From positions 27,614,560 through 27,678,559 of the forward strand of contig NC_134027.1 in the NCBI RefSeq assembly GCF_964204645.1: a DNA stretch of 64,000 nucleotides, read 5' to 3'. Both the position numbers and the translations under genes were made by a program. This DNA is from Tubulanus polymorphus. Its lineage: Eukaryota > Animalia > Nemertea. Numbering within the stretch: position 1 is the first letter of the stretch; every line of letters begins with the position of its first letter. A model generated the notes under the pieces. The model worked only from the letters and a program-made list of their open reading frames with translations, was not told the DNA's origin and made no database searches. Shown piece by piece: positions 25,901 to 40,100 of the stretch.

Positions 25901-28900
25901 GTTGCTGAAAAGTTATTTACAGTTAACCAGTGGATGTGGATAGTTGACATAGTGATAATTAAAATGTCATTGTTATTAAGGTATTTATCCACCGGTTATC
26001 TTGAACCAACTTTTCAGCAACTATGGGGCTGCAGTTGCTCAAAAGTTGTTTACAGTTCACCAGTGGATAGTTGATATAGCGACAATTAAAAGTTCATTGT
26101 TACTATGGTGTTTATCCGCTGGTTATCTGTAACCAACTTTTGAGCAACCCGCCCCTGGTGCTTTCTTGTCAAAAGCTGATTATAGAGATAAGAAAAAAAT
26201 TCCAGACTAGTTCCTCGATCTGAGCCCTCTACTCATTCCTGGTAAAATCGGAGAATTTCAGGATTTTATTCTTTTCGTTAATAGCCATAGAATAGATCGT
26301 TATAAACATGAAGTTTTAGCGAGAGAAAGATTAACAGAGCGGACCGGTAGAAAATACAACGCGGATCAGTTCGAGGAAGTTCCGGCTCCGATACTGAATA
26401 AATCTGATGACAACTTTCTAGAATTACAAATTGATATCGTTCATCAGATGATTAAACTTCATCAATTGGAACGAGAGGTAAAATACCATAAATAAAACAA
26501 GAATTCATCAAAGATTTAGTTAATGTTTTGGTGATTTATCAGTTCGATATGCTTTCTCTATTCCCTACTGTTAGTGTTACAACTTCGTTCTTATAGTTTT
26601 ATTAGTTATAAACATCTACAATATTGAAACATCAACTCGCTATATGCAATAGGTGTGTTCGATTAGACTGACTGAGCTGATAAGTTTGTTAAATAAATTC
26701 AACTCACCTGTCACTAAAGGCTGGACCAGTCGGTCGGACTGAACCCTTCATTTTATTTATCCAACCAAACCTTAAATTCATCATAGTTTTGTCTTTAAGT
26801 TGTATTTTTTTCATCTATTAAGTTAAATAGTGATTTGTCTATCAACAACTTGTGATAACATCTGTTTAATATAGCGTTGTATGTATTTCAGTATATGGTT
26901 GATTTGTTACAAGGTAGAGAAAGTTTAAACGCTCATGAATTCGCTCGTAAATCAACCTCCGAACAGCGTCTGACTGAACTGAATATATTACGTAATCAGC
27001 GAACTGCTTGGCGCGAGAGTTCATCAGAAAAACGGGAATCTGAAAAACAACTTAACATTCACATGTTACGCAGAGGTTTGTTGTGTCTATTGTCATTTAT
27101 TCATGTTGTTTGTTTATCTATTTAAGACATAGAACTGACCATCTGGGGTTGATTTCATGAAAAAGTTTAAGCTTAAAGCGGTTAAGTTTGAATTGTTGTC
27201 GACATTGATAGAAATCATTGAAAAATGCAGTAATTAATTTGAAAATATGAGTTTAACTTATTCAAGAAACTGGATCCTGATTACCACCACTATAACGAGC
27301 TAAATCTCTCCTAAAAAAATTAAAATCAAGAACCAGTGTTGCTCGATATATGTAGTTGGTTAGAGTTTGACGTCAAATTGTTGTGAAACTACTTCAAAAT
27401 TAGACGCAAAGATAGTGAAGTCTGTTAAGATTAATTTCATTATTTCATTGTTCTATAGCCGTGGCTTTGTTCTGCGCCGATAAACAAGAGAAGTTAACAC
27501 TAAATGAAGAAGCATCCAATGAACTAGACGTCTATTCCGCTGTGTTAGCTGATTTACAACAAAAACAAGATGAACATTTTACTAATACAATTAATGACAT
27601 CAGAAATATGGTTAGTTTGCATATCTTGTTATCAATTGAAACCAAGAATCATTCACCAGTAATCAATCTGATTTAGATTTAGTCAGTAACCGGACTGTGG
27701 TTTAGTCAGTAACCGGACTGTGGTTTAGTCAGTAACCGGACTGTGGTTTAGTCAGTAACCGGACTGTGGTTTAGTCAGTAACCGGACTGTGGTTTAGTCA
27801 GTAGCCGGACTGTGGTTTAGTCAGTAACCGGACTGTGGTTTAGTCAGTAACCGGACTGTGGTTTAGTCAGTAACCGGACTGTGGTTTAGTCAGTAACCGG
27901 ACTGTGGTTTAGTCAGTAACCGGACTGTGGTTTAGTCAGTAACCGGACTGTGGTTTAGTCAGTAACCGGACTGTGGTTTAGTCAGTAACCGGACTGTGGT
28001 TTAGTCAGTAACCGGACTGTGGTTTAGTCAGTAACCGGACTGTGGTTTAGTCAGTAACCGGACTGTGGTTTAAGTCAGTAACAAGATTGTGGTATAATTG
28101 GTAACAGGACTGTAGTTTTAGTCAGTAACCTGACTATGGTTTAGTGAGTAACCTGACTATGGTTTAGTTGGTAACCAGACTGCGGATCAGAGGAATCTGA
28201 TTAACTTTTGCTGATATTAAGAATGAAAATGAAAATGTTGCTGTATTTTTAGAGTATGAAAGAATTATCGAATCTGCGTCGACATCAACACAAATCGTTC
28301 ACCGGCACGTATTTAGATAACGTCACGGCAGTCGTTTTACAAACTCATGTTTTCACCGATGAAGAGAAAATGTATCTGATGGCTTTAAACAATAAATATG
28401 ACGCTTTACGCGAGAAATTGATCACATCCGTTTTACAACATGAACATCTTAATTGGAAAAGGTAAATTATTAGTGAGTGTGATGATTGTTATCACTGAGT
28501 GTGGAATAAATGATGAACGACCCCACAATTGATGATGGCTGAAGTTTGATTATCTTAAGAAATGATATAATGAATTTAACATACCATTAATTGTTCATGA
28601 TGATCATTATATTGAAATCTTATCGAAATGATGACTTACACTTAGTAAAATGAATTAGAAATACAGATAGATAGAGACTGCTGCATTCATTATGTGACAA
28701 CTTGTATCTAATTCATCTGTTGACAATTGTTAATCTCGTAGTTTCATTGATTCCAGTTTATCAATCTCTGAACAACAGAAACTTGTAATTCGTAAGAAAC
28801 TGGAAGAAAGACAATTATATCAAGAGGGAAAATATGTGGAAATGGAATCTATAGCTGGAAACGTTAAAGATGTATGTACCATTGACAGTACCTGTCTCCG

Positions 28901-31900
28901 TCTCTGTCTCCGTCTCCGTCTCCGTCTCCGTCTCTGTCTCCTACCCCATCCCCCATCCCCCATCCCCCATCCCCCGTCTCTGCCTCTGCCTCTGCCTCTG
29001 TCCCGGTCCCGGTCCCTGTCTCTGCCTCTGCCTCTACCTCTGCCTCTGTCTCTGCCTCTGCCTCTGTCCCGGTCTCTGTCTCTGTCTATGTCCCTGTCTC
29101 TGCCTCTGTCTCTGCCTCTGCCTCTGCCTCTGCCTCTGCCTCTGCCTCCGCCTCCGCCTCCGCCTCCGCCTCCGCCTCCGCCTCCGCCTCTGCCTCTGCC
29201 TCTGTCCCGGCCTCTGTCCCGGCCTCTGCCTCTGTCTCTGTCCCTGTCCCTGCCTCTGTCTCTGTCCCTGTCCCTGCTGTCTCTGTCTTTGTGTCGCTGT
29301 TTGAAGATTTGTTTTCAAACGAATGTTTTATTTCAGTTATTGCCGAATATCAGAAAATTGATGGGTGAAAATCGATTAGAATTTACAAACAGATTAAAAT
29401 CAAGCACTGAACGTGAAGAACAAGAAGCCTTGAAAGGAAATTATGTAGAACTTCAATCAGAAGGTATATTTTCAACTAATTAGATTGTGGATATAGTCGA
29501 TGTTTGTAACCTGTGTTCATTTTGAAGACTTCTTAGAATGGATTTGAATGAAGAAAACTTACTCTGTATTCAAACCAAAATTATGATGATTTTGAATGGA
29601 AAAAAGTATTGTTAAACTTAATTAGTTTTAGAAAAATGATGCCCCTTTTCTTGCCCCGGGTAAAAAAGGGATGTGTAAACAAATGTACAATTTCATCGGT
29701 TATTTCATCGCCCATTTGAGGTGTCAAGAATTCAGTCAAATTTGAAATTAACAGGTTGCAGATAATAAATTATAAGTATCGGTTGCTCGGTTATAACTGG
29801 ATATTGTAAATTGTTAGTACTTATTTCAGAACCGTCCTGGGAGAATTTCAAGTCAGTGAACGCATTCGCCGATCTACAATATCGATACGACATGGAACAA
29901 AACGCTTTAATTTCGTGGCTTCGTTCTCCAGAAATTCGACAACTGGAAACTCGTTCTATGGAAGTAATGTTACTGCGTTTACAGATGGAATGGAAAGCTG
30001 CAGAAACAAGCGGTGAATTTTATGAATCAGCTGCGATTAGAGTCGGGTTGTTAGAACGTATCAATCAAATCAATAATAACAGGTAACGATGAGTCGGGTT
30101 GTTAGAACGTATCAATCAAATCAATAATAACAGGTAACGATGAGTCGGGTTGTTAGAATGTATCAATCAAATCAATAATAACAGGTAACAATGAGTCGGG
30201 TTGTTAGAACGTATCAATCAAATCAATGATAACAGGTAACGATGAGTCGGGTTGTTAGAACGTATCAATCAAATCAATAATAACAGGTAACGATGAGTCG
30301 GGTTGTTAAAACGTATCAATCAAATCAATAATAACAGGTAACGATGAGTCGGGTTGTTAGAACGTATCAATCAAATCAATAATAACAGGTAACGATGAGT
30401 CGGGTTGTTAAAACGTATCAATCAAATCAATAATAACAGGTAACGATGAGTCGGGTTGTTAAAACGTATCAATCAAATCAATAATAACAGGTAACGATGA
30501 GTCGGGTTGTTAGAACGTATCAATCAAATCAATGATAACAGGTAACGATGAGTCGGGTTGTTAGAACGTATCAATCAAATCAATAATAACAGGTAACGAT
30601 GAGTCGGGTTGTTAGAACGTATCAATCAAATCAATAATAACAGGTAACGATGAGTCGGGTTGTTAGAACGTATCAATCAAATCAATAATAACAGGTAACG
30701 ATGAGTCGGGTTGTTAAAACGTATCAATCAAATCAATAATAACAGGTAACGATGAGTCGGGTTGTTAGAACGTATCAATCAAATCAATAATAACAGGTAA
30801 CAATGAATCGGGTTGTTAGAACGTATCAATCAAATCAATAATAACAGGTAACGATGAGTCAGGTTGTTAGAACGTATCAATCAAATCAATAATAACAGGT
30901 AACGATGAGTCGGGTTGTTAGAACGTATCAATCAAATCAATAATAACAGGTAACGATGAGTCGGGTTGTTAGAACGTATCAATCAAATCAATAATAACAG
31001 GTAACGATGAGTCGGGTTGTTAGAACGTATCAATCAAATCAATAATAACAGGTAACAATAATTCGTTAAACCCTGATTATAGTTAGTACTGTGTAGGCTA
31101 ATTGATCACTTGCTTTCTTTACTAGTGCAATAATATCTCCAGGAGTAGTTTACCTGATGAAGCTACTTTGTGCACTAGTAAAGTAAGCTGAAACCTCAGG
31201 TAGTTTACTGATGTCACTAGTAGGAGGGAAAGCTTGTGATCAGTTAACCTACACAACTGCACCTAAATCCTGTCATCATGATCACTGAGTTGATATCAGG
31301 TTTACACAACTCCTCTATAACTAAAACTAGAATAAAATATTAACAATAAAACCTATCTATACATCAAAACTGATTAAACAGAAATGTATTTAAATCAAAG
31401 AATATTCTAAAAAATGTTCATCCAGGGGAACTCTATCTTAGTCAGTAACCTGTCTGTGGTTTAGTTTCATGATCCGATATTTTCACAGCCCATCCTAATA
31501 TAAAAGCTTACCACCAACAATTAGGTGACTAACTTTCTCTTTCTATGATATTATCTTTCTAGGAAGCAAAAAAGACAAATTGATCTGGCAGCATTACGTA
31601 ATAAAACCTGGTTACAACGGTTTCAAGAAGGAACGCAATATGAGAAACAAACAGAGGAAGGATCATATCCACAGGAAGGTACAATATCCGATATCCACTC
31701 CTGGCTCTCCCTCTCCCTCTCCCTTTCCTGACTCTCCCTCTCCTGGCTCTCCTTCTCCCTCTCCTGGCTCTCCCTCTCCCTCTCCCTTTCCTGGCTCTCC
31801 CTCTCCCCCTCCTGACTCTCCCTCTCCCACTCCTGGCTCTCCCTCTCCCTCTCCTGGCTCTCCTTCTCCCTCTCCTGGCTCTCCCTCTCCCTCTCCCTCT

Positions 31901-34900
31901 CCTGGCTCTCCCTCTCCCTCTCCTGGCTCTCCCTCTCCCTCTCCTGGCTCTCCCTCTCCCTCTCCTGGCTCTCCCTGTCCCTATCCCTGTCCCTCTCCCT
32001 CTCCCTGTCCCTCTCCCTCTCTATATCTAGTATAATGTGTTGTATAATCTGTAGGAGATATCCTCGGTTGGAATGAAGCAGTCATATTAGAAATGTGTAA
32101 AAAACATTTGGACGAAAGAGAATTCTTACTACGGTTGCTTCACGATGAAGGATTGTTGGAAGTTGTCGAAGCTGCGAAGGGGATGTCGATCGAAGAGCAA
32201 CAAAAACGTTTAGTCGTCATTCAAGCCAAACACAGACAACTGAATCTAGAAAATACAGGTTAGTTTGATTCGAACTGAATCAGCCACTGTTCTCTTATCA
32301 ATCCATGGTTCAAATCCATCAGTTCAAGCCCTCGTGGCTCCCAGGTTTTCTTGTTCAATACTTTTTCTCAGGCCTCAGCTCTTCGTAATCAGGAATATAC
32401 CTTGAGTCTGCTATTAATAGTTGAGCTCAGTGGGTTGAGGGGAATCTGCTAATGATGCCCTGAGTGAAGCTCTGAAGGTTGAGGGGAATTTACAAATGAT
32501 ACTGTGAGTGGAGGTTGAGGTGAGCAGGTTTAGGGATGCAATAAAGTCACAGTTTGATTTCAGTTGCTAGGGAAGAGAACGTGACTCTAGTTGAAGAAGC
32601 TGCCGCTATTCAAATAGTTCTGAAAACTCAACAATTAATCGTTGAAAATAAATCAGTTCCATCTCACGATGACGTCATCGTAGCGATTTTAACCGATTTA
32701 CAAGACGAACAAGATATCGAAATATCTGATATTATTCAACAAATAGCCAGCATGGTACGTCGTGAATTTTGATATTCTATTCAGTTATTGATGAGATATT
32801 CGCTATACACGTTTTTTCCACGTGATTTTATTTTAGGGCGAAGAGAAATTAATTGAAAAACGTCGAGAACAGATTAATTTACGTAAGTGGGAAGCTTGCG
32901 ATAACATCCTGTCCGCCCTCACTTTATACATTGGACTCGCCGATGATAACACTCTTATGAAGGTATGTCGTTAATGATAAGGATAAATAGGTGCTGAGAA
33001 AAAATTTGATCCTTAAAACGTGGAGTTGATTTCTGTTATAGAAACTGGATGAGAAATATACGGCTTTAAGAGAACTATTGATGCAGACTTTACTGAGTAA
33101 AACAACTGATTGGAAAAATCTGAAAGATTCAGAAAAACAAAAGAATTTGGCTTTTCTGAAACACAGGGATAGAAAACTACGTTCATGTGGTAAATATAGA
33201 CTTGTTCATCAGTTCTGAACCCAGTTCCACAGTTCTGAGCCCAGTTCCACAGTTCTGAACCCAGTTCTGAACCCAGTTCCACAGTTCTGAACCCAGTTCC
33301 ACAGTTCTGAACCCAGTTCTAGTCCTGTTTCCACAGTTCTGGACTCAGTGGTACAGTTCTGGACCCAGTTCCACTGTTGCGTTTTTGTGGATCTTGGGGA
33401 ACTGTGTAACTGGGTTCTGAGGAACTGGGTTCATAGATGTGCTGAAATAAGATGTGATTTGATTTTATCAGGTAAGATATCTGAATTGAAGAATCTATTG
33501 AACGATGATGTGGAATTGGATGAACCTTTATTAGTTCTACTCGGTTACAATAAAGCCGTCTGCAAACAGAAACGACAAGATAAACTGAAACAAATGAAAA
33601 AAGAGGGCGCTATCGTCGATGAGAATGCTTTAATCGTAATTGATGAAGATGAATTGAAAGATGTTTCATCTTTAGTTGAATTAGCCGTAAGATTTCAACA
33701 AGAACAAAATCTACTCTTGGCACAGATGAAAGGTATGGTATACCTTTACAGATCCACTCCCTCCACTCCCCTTTTAACACTCCCCTCCTTACGCTCCCTA
33801 AAACTCCCTCCACTCCTCTCCTAACATTCCCTCCACTCCCTCCATTCCCCTCCTAACACTCCCTCCACTCCCTCCTAACACTCCCTCCACTCCTCTCCTA
33901 ACATTCCCTCCACTCCCTCCATTCCCCTTCTAACACTCCTCTCCTAACACTCCCCTCCTAACACTCCCTCCACCTTCCTCTATTCCCCTTCTAACCCCTA
34001 CCCCTCCACTCCCTCCACTCCCCTCCTAACCCCTACCCCTCCACTCCCGCTACTTACACCTTACATGAATACGTACGTACTTTATGAATGACCCCTCTAT
34101 TTGACTGGAACTGAATTTTTCATGTATTTCAGGTTTTGATGGATGTGTTTTTGGTGAATTTGAACGTTGTAGATGTTTGTTAGAATTGACTTCAGAATCG
34201 AACAAAGCTTCGATCCACAGTAACATATACAATACTTCATTAGACCTCGGTTTAGCTGAACGCAAGTTTACCAAAGACAAAATTGCGTAAGTTTCTTCAA
34301 TCGAAAACATTCCAAATTCATGAAATTAGTAACTGACTATAGATTCTGTTCATTGCAGGCTGAAAAATGACGAAAGACGACAGTTGAATTTGGCTAAAAA
34401 CGTTATAGACTTCGGTTTTCAGCGTCGAGCTTTAAAATCTGATGATTTCAAAGATAAAGTCGTCACATCTTCAAATATTACTGAGTTACAAGTAAATAAT
34501 CAAGCAAAATATCAATAAATCAGAGAATCAGATTCTAGAGATTTTAATGAGATCATTATTGAATACTGTATAATTGTAGGAAGCTTGTTTGAAGTTGTTT
34601 GAGAAATGTCAATCACGTGAGGTGGATTATTTGTGTTTATTCATGGCCACCGATGATAATGAACGGTTATCACTGTGGGCGAGTTCAAGCACTGATTTAC
34701 AGTTAGAGGATAAACTGAATGAATTAAAGAGAAAACGAAATAGTATCATCAATAATGGTTTGTAGGAATCTCTCATTCTCTCTCTCCCTCTCACCTCTCT
34801 CTTCTCTCTCTCATCCTCTCCCTTCTCTTTCTCAATCTCTCTTTCCCTTCTCTCTTTCATTCTCTTCTTCTTTCTCTCCCTCTCACCTCTCTCTCATTCT

Positions 34901-37081
34901 CTCTCTCCCTCTCACCTCTCTCTCATTCTCTCTCTCATCATCTCCCTCCCCCTTCTCTCACCTCTCTCACTCTCTCCTCTTCTGTCTCTTCCTCTCACCT
35001 CTCTCTCATCTTCTTTCTCCTCTTAATCTCTCTCACCTCTCTCCTGTCTCCTTTCTTAATCTCTCACTGGTCATTCTTTCACTCCTCTCTCTCCCGCTGT
35101 CTCCTCCATCTCAACTCTCTCTCTCTCTTACTCTCTTCTCTCCTCTCATTCCAGTCAGCGTTATAAGAACTGATTTATAATTATGTGAGGTTTCTTTCAG
35201 GAAACAACATGAAACAGAATCATGAAGTAATTCAGGAAGCCATTTCAATCAGTTCACAGATGAAATTACGTGATTTAAACCGACGTTCAACTGATAACAA
35301 TCTGACGAAACGCGATAGTTTTGACGCATTGATGATCGCTGTTTTAGAACTACACAGAAACAAAATCATTGAATTCATTGATTCACTGCTGTCAACTGTA
35401 AGTAGAATAGAAAGAGCATTTGATTTTTCATGTGAATATGTGATACATGACTTTATTTCGTTTTTCAGAGCAAAGAGAATCTAATTGAGTTACAAAAGTC
35501 TCTGATTCAAGAACGTAAGTCTCCTAAACTGGACGGTATCGCTACTGTAGTATTCCATACAATCATTGATGATAATTTGACTGAGGAAGAAGCGATCGCT
35601 CGAGCTGTAACTGGAAAATACGACGCGCTTAAAGAGAAACTTCTCATCGAAGCTTTAATGAAACAGGTGAATTTATAGTTTCATAAACATCATCTTCGGA
35701 ATGATATCACGTGAATGAATACTAGCGTAGAAACAATTGGTGAGTGAATTGAATACTAGCGTGGAAACAATTGATTTGTTTTGAATCTAGCACGGAGAGG
35801 CGGAATGGAAGAGAATGTCTGATTTAGAACGACAGAAGAAAATCATGGAAATGAAACTCAAAGAAAAACAGTTAAGAAAGGAAGGAAAACTGGATGAATT
35901 GAACGCATTGATGGGTGAGTTTGAGCCGGGTTGGTTTAAACGGTGTTCGAGCCGGGTCGGTTTAAACGGTGTTCGAACCGGGTCGGTTTAAACGGTGTTT
36001 GAGCCGGGTCGGTTTAAACGGTGTTTGAGCCGGGTCGGTTTAAACGGTGTTTGAGCCGGGGTTGGTTTAAACGGTGTTCGAGCCGGGTCGGTTTAAATGG
36101 TGTTTGAGCCGGGGTTGGTTTAAACGGTGTTCGAGCCGGGTCGGTTTAAACGGTGTTTGAGACGTTTTAGAATTTTGTTTATCTATTTTTAGATGAAGCG
36201 ATGAAAGATCAAACCGTATTGAATGAATTAATGAAACTGAACAAACAAGAACAAGAAAGAAAACTGAAGGAGAGGCTTGAGAAGAGGAAGCTACGTCTGG
36301 CTAGTGGTACGTATTCAACAGACGACCTTCAATAAACATCATAGTTCAATGAATTGAATACCTAGAGATTTATTCGTTTTTCAGGAATGACTGAAGATGA
36401 ATGCGATAAACTAGAAATAGAGGAAACTGAAGAGGAAGAAAAACAGAGAAGAAGGAATATTCTGGATGATCTGGATAAACGTTGCGATGAGGTTTGTGTG
36501 TTTCACAGTTTAGTCGAACCTGAGTTTAGATTCTATTAATAGAATGTTGAGGATAATGATCCAACATAAACGAGTTTGAATGTTTTCCTTCAGCTAGTAG
36601 TTTATTTCAATATTGGGACTAATATCCTAGGGCCGGTTTTATAGACCGGTATTACCTTTAACCCGCGGGCTAACTCAATTTTTTTTCAATTAACTTAGCC
36701 CCCGGGTTAAAGGTAATACCAGTCTATAAAACCGGGCCCTAATGTATATTCCTGAAGATAACTATCAGGATAAAGTTGAAAGATATCGAATAAACTCCTC
36801 GCTCACGGGAATATTTCAGATTGTTTTTAATCACGTTGTGGGATTTTATATTGAAACGTATCGAATTGAATTCAGGAAAGAGATGAATTGTTGCGTCAAC
36901 TGCTCGATCAGGACGGTAAATATTCCTCGGAGAAACAACGACAAGCCGCGTTGGCATGGTTACGTATGGAACAAAGGAAACTGTTACAAGAGGATCAGCT
37001 TGATACGGCTGTGTTACTGATGGCTAACATGCGTGATACAGATAACTCGTGAGTGAAACAGCTGCTGCTGCTGCTGCGCTG

Positions 37082-37112
<31 letters not shown>

Positions 37113-40100
37113 CGCCGCCGCCGCTGCTGATTATTCTAATGAGTTTCTATTTTGTATTTCAGACGTGAAGCCGATCGTCTCAGACAGGAACAGTTGGCAC
37201 GGCAACGTCTCGCAGCGCGTCAGAAACAGCAACGAGAAAAACGTACAACAATGGAAACTGTATCGATATCGGACGTGGATGATAGCGACATTGTCGGGTT
37301 ACAAGAGGCACTTCTCGCTGAGATTGAACAGAAACATTTGGAAGAACGAGATTTCTTTTTAAAGGTCTGCATCTCATTCCACAATTACGTTCAGTTCAGG
37401 TCGAAATTTGTTGATTTCCAATATTTCAATCCAAGAGTTTTACAACCTCAAAATTCAGAAAAGTTTGTAACTAAATCATTTCGAAATGAATGTAATATTC
37501 GAACTCTGAAATAAAACTGTAAAACTGTCTCGTTTTACAGCTGTTTGTTTCTGCTGTGTCTTTCACATTCAGTCGTGTTTATATTTTAGCTGTTAACCGA
37601 TGTGACAAACGATAAAGAGAAGTTCGGTAAAGGAATGAACGAAGATCTCAGACAAGATCGTTTATTCGAGTTGGAACAATATCATAAACTCTGGTTACAA
37701 GACGTTTCTCAAGATCCTAAAGAGCAACTCTTACTGTTCAAGGTACTGACGATTGTAACATTGAATCAGAGTTTAATTGTGAATATATTTGAATAAACGG
37801 TTTGTATTGTTGTCTCACGCAGGAAGCTGCCACTCTACAAATACAGAGTAAACAAGAAAAACAGATATCATCAGACAGTAAAGGGTTAACGGATGAACAG
37901 TTACAAGTAGAATTTTTAGTTCGTCTTCAAGAGCAACAAGATCTTGAAATCTGTAATGTTATGGATAATTTAAGTTCTCAGGTATGAGTTGAATTCCTTA
38001 TGGTTTAGAAATACTGATATTTAGTTTATTACAGTCAGAGCCCAGTTTCACAGAAATGTTGTTGAACTCAAATTTTTAGCGGTTACTTCATGATTTCAAT
38101 GGCGGCAACAATTCAAACTGAACTGTTTTAGGCAGAAACTTTTCCATGAAACCCCGAGCCAGCTAAAAAAAACTCTATATATATCCACCACATTTACGAC
38201 TAATGTTTTTTAGAAGAATTATCAAGCGTTTTGGATCTGAATATTATTTTAAGTAACAATGAACTAAATTCTCACAATTGGAATTAAAAATTTGGGTGGA
38301 AAATCGAGGATAGTTGTGGATATTTGAGGGTAAACTGTATTTATGTTTTTAGACTCCTAATTTGCTGAGAGAATTAGCATCGGCTCAAACGATATCGAGA
38401 CAAAACCAGTGGAATACAAATATCGCGGCTGTTATTGTAAAATCTGAGGGAAGAAAAGTTAATGAGAGTGAAGAGAGTTTAACCGATGAACAACAACATG
38501 TCGTTAAAGCTCTTGAAGAGAAATACGACGCCATGAAAGATAAAATACTGATGGAGGTGATTTAGATGTTCATTCTCTGTCTCGATCATTTTACATGTAA
38601 TATCCGTCTTGGAATTTTTGACCTCTGCCGGCAAAAGTTTAAACCTGATTCTTTTATGGATTGATAATTACACTAATTCTTGACGCTCTGTTCATTATAT
38701 AGTTTCTATATTCATCAGAATTATGTCTTGATATGCTTTGACCTCTGCCGGCTTAAAACTGCAACTTTGGTCCATGCATACTTTTATAAATTCGCTATTA
38801 CACAAATTCTTGACGCTCTGCCCGTTATATAGAATTATAAGCGGTGATTTATGAATGTTTCTCTCAATGTTTCAGGCTCTGATGCAGCAAGCCGGCGACA
38901 CGGAATGGAATCGATTGTCGGAGAAAGAACGTCAGGCGAGATTGATCAAATTAAAACTTGAAGAGAAAAAACTACGTCACGAAGGTCGAGAAGATGAAGC
39001 TGTTTCTCTGATTTCAAACATGCTTCAAAATGAACGAGGTATTGAAGATATTTCATACTGATCTGTAACGCGTCGGGTTCTGAGTTAAATTTCTGATTGA
39101 TATATCGATATTTTCATGAATAGCTATGAATGATTTACTTGGTTCGACGAAATCCGACCAGAAAATGAATTTGGAGGAAAGATTAAATAGATTGAAAGAA
39201 CTGAAGGCTGAAAGAGAAACTGCAGGATTGAGCATCGATGAAGAAATATTGAATGAACTGATTGAAACTGAGGAGAATGAAAAACTTAAACCAAAGGTAG
39301 AAATAACTGCTATCAAAAATACAGTAACCTACTCGATAGTGTCGGGTCTATAAACATTTCACCCAGTTCAGAATCAGGGAATTAGGAAATTTGTAAAATC
39401 ACTGAATTTGCACTGAAGTTTATACCGAGTTGATTGGTTCTCAGTAAGGATGAGTGAACTGTTAACCATTGATGAAACGATCTGAGGAGTTCGTGTTGGA
39501 ACAATTGTTTTAAATCCAACACTAAGAAATGAAAAAAAAGTTTTCTTGAGCTAGTAGTTTATTTAATAATCAAGGGGAGGAACGTTTTAATCTTGATGAA
39601 CTACTTACTCACAATCCGTGTTGTAACGATGATATGAAATCCAACATTAAATATGAAAGTACGTAATGTATCCTTGGGCTAAAAGTTCATAGAAAATATT
39701 CATTCAAATGATTCTATTATCTTCTGAAATACTGTATCCCAATAAACTAACTCATATTGTACTTCATTTCGGAATCATTTTAAACTTTATTGTTCATTCT
39801 AATTCAAGGATTCTATAATAAGGGTCTCAACTGTTTTTCAAAAGTTGACACGAAATATTCATTTCACTCTCGTAGAATATCTTAGAAAATCTGCAGTTTC
39901 ACTTCGAAGATGAGAAAGCTGCGTTGTTAGCGTCGTTGAACGCGCAGACGGACAAACTAGCAGCAGATCGCGAGCGTCAATTAGCAATGGCTAAATTACG
40001 CCGCGATCAAAAACGAATTCAACTGGAAGATCGCGTTGAGAGTGCGGCCGTTTTGATCGCTGAATATCATAACATCGAAGAAAACCGTGAGAAAGGGTAC

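Noticed and set aside
28836-29483. Poly-P/L, CL and QR ORFs
   Set aside because: Hexamer microsatellite between two real exons
30040-31059. Resemblance of regular arrays (also 59575-60568 and 24688-25394) to CRISPR
   Set aside because: No unique spacers, no cas genes, eukaryotic intronic context
31580-32035. SP-rich 151-aa ORF
   Set aside because: Wrong frame of a real exon running into a CT-rich repeat
35185-35484. ORF track lists this 99-aa ORF on the minus strand
   Set aside because: The peptide ([15 protein letters not shown]) reads from the + strand (gtg agg ttt ctt tca gga aac...). It is an exon of the giant + strand gene, not an antisense gene, so the strand label appears wrong.
38690-38722. 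Minus-strand CTGATGA-atata-GAAA hammerhead-like core
   Set aside because: No pairable stem II and no convincing stems I or III
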